Source: the human T2T-CHM13v2.0 reference genome, Homo sapiens. From it: a DNA stretch of 64,000 nt. The translations under genes were made by a program, and so were the position numbers. Location of the stretch: the NCBI RefSeq assembly GCF_009914755.1, contig NC_060927.1, one strand, 5' to 3'. Below are positions 29,921 to 41,308 of this stretch, piece after piece. Position 1 is the stretch's first letter; every line of letters starts with the position of its first letter. The notes under the pieces were generated by a model. The model saw nothing but the letters and a program-made list of their open reading frames with translations, had not been told where the DNA came from and made no database searches.

Positions 29921-30390
29921 TAAGTAGGAAAGGCTAAGACTGTTTCTTTTACTACTTTTGTGAGACTGTATATAGCAAAGTCATTAACAGTGTGATATTT
30001 GGAGGGAAATTGCTGTTTTCAAGACCTGGATCTCCACTACTTACTGGCTATGAGACCTAAGGGCTGGGATTAGAGTGAAGCAAGGAAGGCCATTAACCTT
30101 GGAAGCAAAATTTAAAGGAGCACAAAAAGTTAGTGATCAAGATAAATATTTTAATACAACATTTTTAAAAATCAGAAGTTAGGGAAAATCCATGGTGAAC
30201 AAAACATCAAATTTGTAAATAAAGGCAGACTGTTGCTTGTGTGTTTTTCAGACCTTGCTACATTTATATTGTTTAAGGAACAGTATTTTCCAATCAACTT
30301 GTTGTTCATGGCCATTGTGTCCCCCAAGGGCCAACCCTTATGGGTTGACATTGGCAAGAGAGCAGATTGAGCTATTCATGGCTTTATAAC

Positions 30391-30775
30391 TGTCTTAATC
30401 TATTTTGTGCTGCTACATGTAACAGAATATCTGAAACTAAGAAATTTATAAACAGAACATTTATTCTCTCAAGTTCTGGAGGCTGGGAAGTCCAAAATCA
30501 AGGTGCCAGCAAGTTAGAGCCTGGTCTCTGTGCTTCCAAGATGGCACCTTGAATGCTATGTTCTCCAGAGAGGACAAAAATCTTTGTCCTCACATGGCAG
30601 AAGAGCAGAAGAGAGAGAACTCACTACTACAAGCACTTTGTAGAGTGGCATTAATCTATTTATGAGGGCAGAGCCCTTTGGATCTCCCATTAGGCTTCAC
30701 CTCCCAACACTATGCCATTGGGGATTAAGTTTCAATATGAGTTTTGGAAGGGACAAAAACATTCAAACCATAGCA
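30391..30775 (-). mobile_element. MaLR solo LTR (MST-like)
   Basis: tgtcttaatctattttgtgctgct...aagttctggaggctgggaagtcc...cattcaaaccatagca. Confidence 0.8.
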
Positions 30776-32315
30776 ATGAATCTCCGTAATTCCTCAGTTT
30801 AGCCAGGCACATAGTGAATACTCATGAGATAGCAGGTTGATCATAGGCTGGACTAGATAATAATAAGCTTGTATTATTGAACATCTATTAAGTGTCAGGA
30901 CTAGAGTAAGTATATCATATATGTTACCTCATTAAATCTATATTTCCCATTAAAATGTGGGAGTCTACCAAGGTGTGAATCCATAAAGTTTTAGAAATAC
31001 TTATTAATATTTTTTAAAGTGGACAATTTTTTTCTTTGAAGAACAGGAAAAGAAAAAACTGGTAGAAATAAGGCTGTCACATACAGGTTCTTGCCTCTAT
31101 CTGTCTGTTTCCTGAAGACTAGGTTAGCTAAGAGCATTATTATCAAGTAGGAGTTGAGGTGTGCTCTAAACACCTATCATCAAAAGTGGGCCAATATGTC
31201 ATACAAAGGCCCCTTTCAATCAACAAATTGCCCTCACCCCTGTAATCTACAACTCACATGAAAGGTTCTAGCTTTCTAAAATTTCTATTAAATTTCTCAC
31301 TGTAGATACTTCAGAAAGGTTTTTTATTTATTATTATTTTATAGTTTGGTTCTTATTAGTACAAATTGTATCTGAGACTTATTTGTCCCCGGTTCTGGGC
31401 CTCCTTGCTTTTTGATGCTGTGACTTAAATAACTCTTACTTTGTGTGATCTTTGATCAAATTTTTAACCTCAATTTATTCTACATAGTTGTAAGAAGTAA
31501 ATAAGACTTGAAAGGACTTTGCAGAATTCTTAGAATATAGTAGGTGCTAAATAAATTTAAACTATGACTAATAAGATTATGAAAGTTTAATAATGGTCAT
31601 AACATAATACTAGTATTATTTCTCCCTCTCCCAGTCCTAGGCATTTCGTTGTTTGCCTGTGCTAATTTTTTCACCTCTCCTCCCATTTGCTCTGTGAAGG
31701 CAGCCACTCATATGTAAGTTCTTGCTACTGCCCCCTTTATAACTGAAGACTCTAGAATGTCTTAGGATCTCCTTATATTGTAGGTTACGGGGCATTCTTT
31801 GCAACTGAATCCCATCTTTCCTAATGAAGGAACAAACCCTTCTTTCTGCAAAAGTCAACTGCCCAGGGGAAAAAAGCAACCTTTGGATAAGTTGGAAGGT
31901 TTTGTATTTTTTCTCTATCAACTAAACCACCTAGTCACAATCTGCTATATAATAAAGAAAAAAGCAGTTTTTCTCACCAGTCTCCAACTTCAGCATGTAA
32001 CTGCTCTTTTTCCCACAACAAAGTGACAGTTGATGGAACTGTTCCAAATGGCATTCATATACTAAATGACCAAGGAGCATTTTCAACTCTAAAATCCTGA
32101 CACACAAAAAAGCAAGAGGCTGCCAAACGTACCTGTGCCAAAAGATCTGCAGGGGGTACCTGCCTTCTTAATTATTGACCTCCAGACTTGCCAGTGCTGA
32201 GTGACATGCTCTCCACTTTCTTCTCCTGTCCCCACCCAATACTTAGAGCTCCTCTGGGGGATCCTATCTCTGTAATACAGTCTTTCTCCCTTCTTCTTTT
32301 GCTCTTCTTCCTTAG

Positions 32316-32363
32316 GAAAACAGCAGCACGGATTCTTGGGTCCTTCTTTCTAAGGGTATAAAG
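32316..32363 (+). CDS. CD96: CD96 exon 4 (48-nt alternatively spliced cassette, variant 1)
   Basis: Long pyrimidine tract, then ttAG|GAA AAC AGC AGC ACG GAT TCT TGG... = ENSSTDSWVLLSKGIK; donor AAG|GTATGT; phase 0-0. Confidence 0.95.
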
Positions 32364-33840
32364 GTATGTAAATTGCTGCAGGAAAAAGAATTCAGCAGAG
32401 TATGATTATTTGCAGGCAATAACACAATACTATCTGTATGTAAGACTGACACAAATCCTAGCCAGATTCAGCTAAAGAACGGTGTCTTACATAAGAGTTT
32501 CTACTAAGTATATTCTGGAATTTTCTATTTAAACTATTTAAGAAGTCTACCTTAGTCCATCCTCTGTTTCTGCCCATACTTGAATGTGGTTTCCATTTCT
32601 TGTAGCCTGATCTGTCTCATTTTTAAAACTAGAGATTCCAATTCATAGATCTTATCATTATTTTGTAACATTTCCCCCATTGAATGCACTCCTGTTTACC
32701 CTTCTCCATTTTACTTCCCTACATTTCCCCTGATGACTGTACACAAGGATTCATCTGTTGTTTAGAGTTAGGCCAGTAGATGTCAGCCCTGGATCTCCTG
32801 AGTACCTTAAAAGCAATTGTCCTAGCTATGGCCTTATCCCAGACAGACTGAATTAGAATCTCTAGAAGACAAGCTTGTGCATCAGAGTGTTTTAAAAGCA
32901 GCTCAACTGAGAATGTTGAGTCATACTAACAGGATATGAAGACCTAACCCATCCTCTACCCTTGTGCCCGTCAAGAATCCCCTCCTTACTGGGCCCCTAG
33001 TGAGCACTTTTATTGACATCAACCAACACTGTGACACCCCAGGGAGTTTGTCCAAAAAAATTCCAGGCACAGAGAGAATAGTAGGGCTTTTCATCACAGA
33101 CCGAAGAAAGGATACGGGATAGAAGAACCAAGTACCTCAAATATACTCTGATCTCCAAAATTCAGATTAACATTTTCAGGCTACTCTTCATGCATCCTCT
33201 TTGAAGCTAACACAAACACAGAAGAAAGGGAATAAGGTTAGGACCAGAACAAGGCTGTGAAAGGAGGCAAGGAGCTGCCCCAGGGCACAAAATTTAAGGA
33301 GGTACTCACTGTTGGGTGTCAACATTTCACTTGCAAGACTTTGAGAATGCCACTTTACCTGATCCTAGTCCAGGCTCGGGGAGGAGCTGACAAAGAGTCA
33401 TTTTCTAAAGGAATTTAGGGATAGCTGTAATCATCCAGTTTAAATGAAGATTTTATGAAATCTTCACACTGATACAGTCTTCTCATCTTAGCAGTAAGAT
33501 GTCAGAACTTCTTAAATAAAAATTAAAATCTGCCATTAGTCCTGCCCATTCCAAACCCCAAATCCTGCTCCAGATATACAGTTCATAGAAGATTATGAAG
33601 GAGAAGCTCTAGTCAGAAGAACAGAATGCTTCCATTTGTTAGGAGAGGGTAACAATAGTTTTTAACTGAAAGTCAAGTGTATCATACTTTCTCTAGTAAT
33701 ATACTAAATGTCTTCTAATTTCAATCCTTCATTCTTCCTCTCTACTTTACAAAAAGTAAATGAATCAGTGCTTGTCGAATGCCTAGTTCAGAGCTGGCAC
33801 AGTTGAGGACTCAATAACTGGTAACAATTTTTCTCACCAG

Positions 33841-34048
33841 GAGGATAATGGAACTCAGGAAACACTTATCTCCCAAAATCACCTCATCAGCAATTCCACA
33901 TTACTTAAAGATAGAGTCAAGCTTGGTACAGACTACAGACTCCACCTCTCTCCAGTCCAAATCTTCGATGATGGGCGGAAGTTCTCTTGCCACATTAGAG
34001 TCGGTCCTAACAAAATCTTGAGGAGCTCCACCACAGTCAAGGTTTTTG
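33841..34048 (+). CDS. CD96: CD96 exon 5 (D2 C-terminal part), 208 nt
   Basis: ccAG|EDNGTQETLISQNHLISNSTLLKDRVKLGTDYRLHLSPVQIFDDGRKFSCHIRVGPNKILRSSTTVKVF; donor G|GTAAGG. Confidence 0.96.
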
Positions 34049-34278
34049 GTAAGGGCTTTTGTTCTACAGACTCACTGGCATCCTCCTGTCTCCTGCCCTG
34101 CTCTTCCTTGAGGAGGAAGCACCCTATTATGCTGCAGAGCAGCCACATGTGGGTAACAGTGCTGGAGTCTGTTTCCCTGGATACTTGTCATTCTTGTTGG
34201 GCAGGGGGATGAGGGTAGGATGCTAAAGAATGATGATTCTGTTAACAGAATAAAATCATACAGAAGCCAATAATTTTC

Positions 34279-34708
34279 TGTATTGGTCAGTTTTCTGTTG
34301 CTTACAATGAAATACCTGAAACTGAGTAATTTGTAAAGAAAAGGAATTTATTACTTACAGTTATGGAGGCTAAGTCCAAGGTCGAGGGGACGCATCTGGT
34401 AAGAGCCTTCTTGCGGATGGGGACTCTCTGAAGAATCCCAAGGTGGCACACGGTATCACATGGCGAGGGGACAGAGTTTGCTAATGTGCTAACTCAGGTC
34501 TCTCTTCCTCTTCTTATAAGGCCACCAGTTTCCCTCCCATTATAACTCATGACTCCAGTAACCCATTAATCCATGAATGGATTAATCTTATTCATAAGGG
34601 CAGAGACCTCATGATTCAATCACCTCTGAAAGGCCCCAGCTCTCAATACTGCCACACTGGAGATTAAGTTTCAATATGAATTTTGGAGTGGACATTCAAA
34701 CCATAACA
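34279..34708 (-). mobile_element. MaLR solo LTR (MST-like)
   Basis: tgtattggtcagttttctgttgct...cattcaaaccataaca. Confidence 0.8.
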
Positions 34709-36623
34709 GACAGAACAATTTCCTGGTGACCACTATCTTATTTACAATGTTAATATTTCTCAGAATACTGGAAATCTCTTTAATTGTAACTGCCAAAATC
34801 TAATTGTTTAGTTGTCTAATTGTCTTAGTTGCTTGCTTGAGCAAGGTGGAGTAAAGTCAGTGAGAAAAGGAAGGTGATAAATATAGCCCCAGAGAAACTG
34901 CAGAAGTTCCTCCTCCCCTGCTATCCTGCCAAGGCCCAGCTGGGGTGAGACCATCCAGGTCCAGCCCTTCCAGCAAAGGAGCCTTTAGGAAAGGCCCTCT
35001 GAACCTGCACTCTCAGGAGTGTGGAGCTGAGCTGTGAAATCCACTGTGGCCTCACTCAAAATGCAGACTATCTGCAGCGTGCCAATTTAAGGAGGAAAGG
35101 TTAAAATTCTATTTTCCCCAGTGGTACAAGGAAGTACCACTAATTAATAAACACCATTAATGAAGGGAAGCCTCTGCCTTTGGATGTTTTTTTCATTTTT
35201 TGTGACAAAGATCTGTGTTTTTTAGAAAGTCAATTTTAAAGAAGGCAAAGAGAAAAGCAGTGAGGTGGATAGACAATTATTTTTGAAAATGAGATAAACA
35301 AAGAGAAAATAACTTCACAAACCTATGGACACAGGCTGCTAGATTGTTCCTCAATTCTCTAAAGGGCAGAGCAAGCAAAAAAAAATTATTTGGAATTGTA
35401 TTGCCCTATTATTGGCAGTCATACAATTTAGTATTTTGAAGAAAACACAAAATTGCCTCCCCCTTCCCTCCTCTGTCCTCCCCTTCCCTCTGCATCCTCC
35501 CCCTTCTCTTTCTCTTCATCTCTCCTCAGGGATGGACTAGGCAATAATCATCCCTGATGATCAGGTTCCTTACGGAGCCTAAACAGTGTCCTGTGAAGAG
35601 TTGGAAACAAGCTGTTCATCTCTTTTGCTATCACCATTTGTTTATTTACCAGGCTGTGACTGTCTTAGTGCAAACATGAAACTGCTTCATCTGGTCTATT
35701 GTCAAACCAATGAAGGCAGCCATCCTCAATGTAGAAAGAAATATCAATTTTAATCTAGGCAAGCTGTGTCCCCTATTGATCAAGACTTTTTGCATCATAA
35801 CTTGATCTAATTGCCTTGTCAACATTTATGCTGTGTCCTGTATCTCTTTGCTGCATTAAAACACCTCTATCTTGATCTTAAATGTTTTTCAGCCTTCTAT
35901 ATCTCATTTTTATCACCCTATTGGATTCTACAGCTCTTTGTCTCTACATTTCTCTTGTTTCTTCTTTGAAGTCCTTTCGGTGGATGCTTAAAAATATGAA
36001 ACCCTGCCTGCTTGTTCAGAAAATTAGATTTTTCGTGCTTCCTGGTTTTTGCATTTAGTAAATTGGCTGGGCGGGTTGTGTTTGGGTGGAGTCTCATCCA
36101 GTCCTTAACCTATTTTGAGGTGTTACCCAAGTATATATTGTGGCCCTGACCACATATCTTATAAGAACCTACTTTACATCCCTTGGTGATTCCTCATATA
36201 GAATAAGTCTCCCCAAAACACCCATGAAAACCTTGAAATCAATACCCAAATATATATCAGATCTATTCCACATGCCCTAAACCCAGCATATTTCTTCTTC
36301 CCAAACAATGTCCATTGCTCAACTCTTCATTGTCTAACAGACCAGGGACAAGAGGGGCTACTCCAGCAATTTTGCCACTTCCTGCATCTCCTTCACTGGT
36401 CTCCTTTGGTTTTCCTTTCCTTGGCAGTGAGTCACCTGCCCATCACAGGGTTCTGTTCCACTCCTAAATTCCAAATCTGATTGTCCTCAACCTCAAAGAA
36501 AATCTGTCTCACCCTGTCACCTCTGCAATTTTTAGTAGTTGTTCTTTCTTTCAGGGCTTTTATTCTGCTGGTATTTGTTAACAGGAGGTAAGAGATACCT
36601 CTCCATCCATTAGTGTTTCAGGT

Positions 36624-37075
36624 TGTATCTTGGTTTTGGGTTCCCCTGAAATAAAACATCGAGATAAGGATTGCGGTTAATTTATTTGAAAGGCCATCCT
36701 GGGAAACATCAGAAAAGGAGTGAGAAAGTGAGTCAGGAAAGGGAAGGAAGATAAGAAAATGTACAAGATTATATCAGTTAGCACCATAGGTTTAGAGCTC
36801 ATCTTACTGGGAGACAGCATAGAACACACATCAGAGTTATCCCACATGAAGGGCAAGAAAGCTGGGGTATTCATCTACCATCTCTCCATCTGTATCACTA
36901 TTAACTCTCTGGGACTCCCAGTTTTTACTACTTGTGGACTAAGTATACTCCCATAATCTCAATAAATCATTATGCAAAGAGTCATCTAGTCATCAAAGAG
37001 TTATCCCAGTAAGAGATCTTCAGTATGCCAAGGTAAATGGCTAGTGGCTGTAGCAGGCACTGACAGCATCTGTGA
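36624..37075 (-). mobile_element. Old ERVL-type LTR (LTR16/LTR33-like); approximate
   Basis: ttgggttcccctgaaa...gagataaggattg...tttatttgaaagg motif resembles reversed ERVL LTRs. Confidence 0.45.
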
Positions 37076-37374
37076 CTGGAGGTTTAGCATTCTTTCCACT
37101 GAGTCATAGAAGGCTGTGTTTGCTATGCTCAAGAATTTACTTGAAGCCACTTCTGTTCAACACGATGTACTTAATGTCTAGTTTGTGCTGGGCAGTTAAG
37201 TGCTAGAGATGAAGAAATTGATAAAATACTGGCTCAGAGGCACTTAAAATCTAGTAAAACAACAAAATCACTGAAATATTCCCTGATATTTCCTAGTGCC
37301 AAGCAACCAAACAAGAATCAAATGTTTCTCTGCTCCACTTCAGGGACCTTTATAATGAGACTTTATTTCTAAGC

Positions 37375-39635
37375 TGCATTAGTTCATTTTCATGCTGCTG
37401 ATAAAGACATACCCAAAACTGGGAAGAAAAAGAGATTTAGTTGGACTTAAAGTTCCACATGGCTGGGGAGGCCTCAGAATCATGGCAGGAGGTGAAAGGC
37501 ACTTCTTACATGGCAGCAGCAACAGAAAAATGAGGAAAATCAAAAGCATAAATGCCTGATAAACCCATTAGATCTCATGAGACTTATTCACTATAGCATG
37601 GTAAAGACCAGCCCTCATGATTCAATTGCCTCCCACCAGGTCCCTTCTGGGAGACACAATTCAAGTTGAGATTTGGGTGGGGACACAGCCAAACCATATA
37701 ATTTCACCCATGGCCTGTCCCAAATCTCATGTCCTCACATTTCAAAATCAATCATGCCTTCCCAACAGTCCCCCAAATTCTCAACCCATTTCAGCATTAA
37801 CCCAAAAGTCCAAGTCCAAAGTCCCATCTGAGACAAGGCAAGTCCCTTCTGCCTATGAGCCTGTAAAATCAAACGCAAGTTAGTTACTTTCTAGATATAA
37901 TGGGGGTATAAGCATTCAGTAAATACAACCATTCTAAATGGGAGAAATTGGCCAAAACAAAGGGGCTGCAGGCCCCATGCAAGTCCAAAATCCAAAAGGG
38001 CAGTCAAATCTTAAAGTTCCAAAATGATCTCCTTTGACTCTATGTCTTGCATCTGGGTCACACAGATGCAAGAGGTAGGTTCCCATGTTCTTAGGCAGTT
38101 CCGTCCCTGTGGCTTTACAGGGTACAGCCTCCCTCCTGGCTGCTTTCACAGGCTAGTGTTGAGTGTCTGCAGCTTTTTCAGGAGCACAGTGCAATCTGTT
38201 GGTGGATCTACCATTCTGGGGTCTGGAGGATGGTGGCCCTCTTCTCACAGCTCCACTAGTCAGTGCCCCATTAGGGACTCTGTGTGGGGGCTCCAACCCC
38301 ACATTTCCCTTCTGCACTGCCCAAGCAGAGGTTCTTCATGAGGGCCCCGCCCTTGCAGCAAACTTTTGCTGGGTATTCAGACATTTCCATAAATCTTCTG
38401 AAATCTAGGTAGATGTTCCCAAACCTCAGTTCTTGACTTCTCTGCACGCACAGGCTCAACACCATGTGGAAGCTGCCAAGGCTTGGGGATTCCACACTTT
38501 TAGAAGCAATGGCCCAAGCTGCACGTTGGCCCCTTTCAGCCATAGCTGGAATGGCTGGGACACAGGGCACCAAGTCCCGAGGCTGCACACAGCAAGGGGA
38601 CCCTGGGCCCAGCCCAGGAAACCACTTTTTCCTCCTGGGCCTCTGGACCTGTGATGGGAGGGGCTGCTGTGAAGGTCTCTGATGTGGCCTGGGGACATTT
38701 TCCCCATGGTCTTGTAGATTAACATTAGGCTCCTTCCTACTTATGCAAATTTCGGCAGCCAGCTTGAATTTCTCCCTAGAAAATGGGTTTCTCTTTTCTA
38801 TTGCATAGTCAGGCTGCAAATTTTCCAAACTTTCATGCTCTGCTTCCCTTATAAAACTGAGTGCCTTTAACAGCACCCAATACACCTCTCGAATGCTTTG
38901 CTGCTTAGAAATTTCTCCTGCCAGACACCCTAAATCATCTCTTGTAAGTCCAAAGTTCCACAAATCTCTAGGGCATAGGCAAAATGCTGCCAGTCTCTTT
39001 GCTAAAACATAACAAGAGTCACCTTTGCTCCAGTTCCCAACAAGTTCCTCATCTCTATCTGAGACCACTTCAGCCTCAACCTTATTGTTCATATCACCAT
39101 CAGCATTTTTGTCAAAGTGATTCAACAAATCTCTAGGAGGTTCCAAACTTTACAACATTTTCTCGTCTTCTTCTGAGCCCTCCAAACTGTTTCATCCTCT
39201 GCCTGTTACCCAGTTCCAAAGTTGCATCCACATTTTTGGGTATATTTTCAGCAACACTCGACTGTACTGGTACTAATTTATTGTATTAGTCTGTTTTCAC
39301 ACTGCTGATAAAGACATACCCAAGACTGGGAAGAAAAAGAAGTTTAATTGGACTTACAGTTCCACATGGCTGGGGAGGCCTCAGAATCATGGTGCGTGGT
39401 GAAAGGTACTTCTTACACAGCAATGGGAAGAGAAAAATGGGGAGAAGCAAAGGCGGAAATCCCTGATAGACCCACCAGATCTCATGAAACTTATTCACTA
39501 TCATGAGAATAGCATGGGAAAGACCAGCCCCCGTGATTCAATTACCTCTCGCTGGGTCTCTTCCACAACACATGGGAATTCTGGGAGATACAATTCAAGT
39601 TGAGATTTGAGTGAGGACAGAGCCAAACCATATCA
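37375..39635 (-). mobile_element. Complete THE1 (THE1C-like) MaLR element: LTR-internal-LTR
   Basis: LTRs at about 37375-37701 and 39282-39635, about 1.6 kb internal region, perfect 5-bp TSD TAAGC (37370-37374 and 39636-39640). Confidence 0.92.
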
Positions 39636-40132
39636 TAAGCCTTTGGACATGTAGAACATTGCTCTTTTCTCTCCCTCCCCACCACCCATCCTCCGCTTGC
39701 ACTACCAGTCTTCCACATTCCCAATTTTACTTGACTCATCACTGATAACCACATCACATCTTCCAAAAGCCTCCTCCTATCCTCCAAGGTTAGGTTAGAA
39801 AATTTATTTAAAAGCTGTCTTCAAATCCTACATGTCCTTAATCATTGCACTTATCTCAGTGTATTGTAACTTCCAGTTTGTTTATCTGTATTCCCATGAA
39901 ACTGTAGATTTCTTAAGAACAGTGAATATTATTTGTCCACATTTGTTTCCTAAGCATCTAGCATACTGCCAGGTACACAGTGGGCCTGGCAGTATTATAT
40001 TAATAAATATTAATTTATAAATATTAATATTTAATGAATGAAGATGCTTATAGACACACACACACATACACACACTAGTGGCCAGGTAGGATGACATTTG
40101 GTGCCACTAACTATGTTTTATTTGCCTTTAAG

Positions 40133-40188
40133 CTAAACCAGAAATCCCTGTGATTGTGGAAAATAACTCCACGGATGTCTTGGTAGAG
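40133..40188 (+). CDS. CD96: CD96 exon 6 (56 nt, start of D3)
   Basis: ctttaAG|CT AAA CCA GAA = (A)KPEIPVIVENNSTDVLVE; donor GAG|GTGAGT. Confidence 0.95.
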
Positions 40189-41308
40189 GTGAGTCACATA
40201 AAAGCCTTTGAAAATCTACAGTATTACATGTAAGGTGTGTCAGGTTGCATAGTTGCCAGGAATGTTCTCTCAAAGAACTTTACTCCTTGGCCCTTGACCA
40301 ATTAACTGCTAATAGGGATGAAGGGAAGCTGGGTTGTTTCTAGAAAGTGAATGGGAATTTTTACTTTTAGACTTAGGGCTCTCAGAATGTTTGATGTGCA
40401 CTTTTAGTCCTTAAATTTCTCAGAAAAAAAAATAGTCACAATTTGTTTAAACTTCTCTTTTATAAAAATTCAGGTGGATAGTGAGGACAAAGTAGGGCAG
40501 AAAGCAGTGTGAGCCCTGGTGTAAGAAGGAGGCTTTTGCTCAGCTGACGTTTAATTTGTTCTAATCCATTTCCTTTACCCACTTTCCCATTGTTTTTATT
40601 TCAAAGTGACAGGAGGAGATATGCCCTCCTGTACTCCTGCAGAACCCTGGGTATGTCTTTGGTAGTAATGAAGAAGGGCAGGAGAAAAAAGAAAATTGAA
40701 TAGGGACCTCTGACTTAACTTCTTCTGGGTGGTAGTTACCAGCCTGTAGTCACTAGGATCTGGACTCAATTTCTCGCTCTTTCTCTTGCGAGCTGTGACC
40801 TTGGGCAAATTACTTCATGTCTTTGCAGTCAGTTTCCCCATCTATATGAAGTGAATAATAATAGTATCTTCACATTGTTGCTGTTTTTAAAAATTAAATA
40901 ACATATGAAAAAATCTAAGTACAGTGTGTGACATATATTAAGTGTTTAATAAACATTATTGTTCTTGTTTTTGTTATTATTATTATCTGTGTTAATCAAC
41001 TGTCTTGTGGCCTTATGACTTTAGCCAAGCTTTTAAAAACCCTAAGTAAAAAATATACTCATTAATTCTCTAACATTTTCTATTACATGGGGCGAGAGAA
41101 AATTATATTCATTCTAGTTTCTTCTCGCACCAATAACATTAAATAACTTACAATCTCTGGTCTTACTGAATATTAGTCATTTAATTTGATAATTGCATAC
41201 AAATCATAGCTTAGATTGTTTGAGATGGTTTTGCATAACTTGGAAAAATATCTTCCAAGTAGTTGTGTCTTTTGCCAGTTTCATATATTAGTCTCTTAGG
41301 TAACTGCT

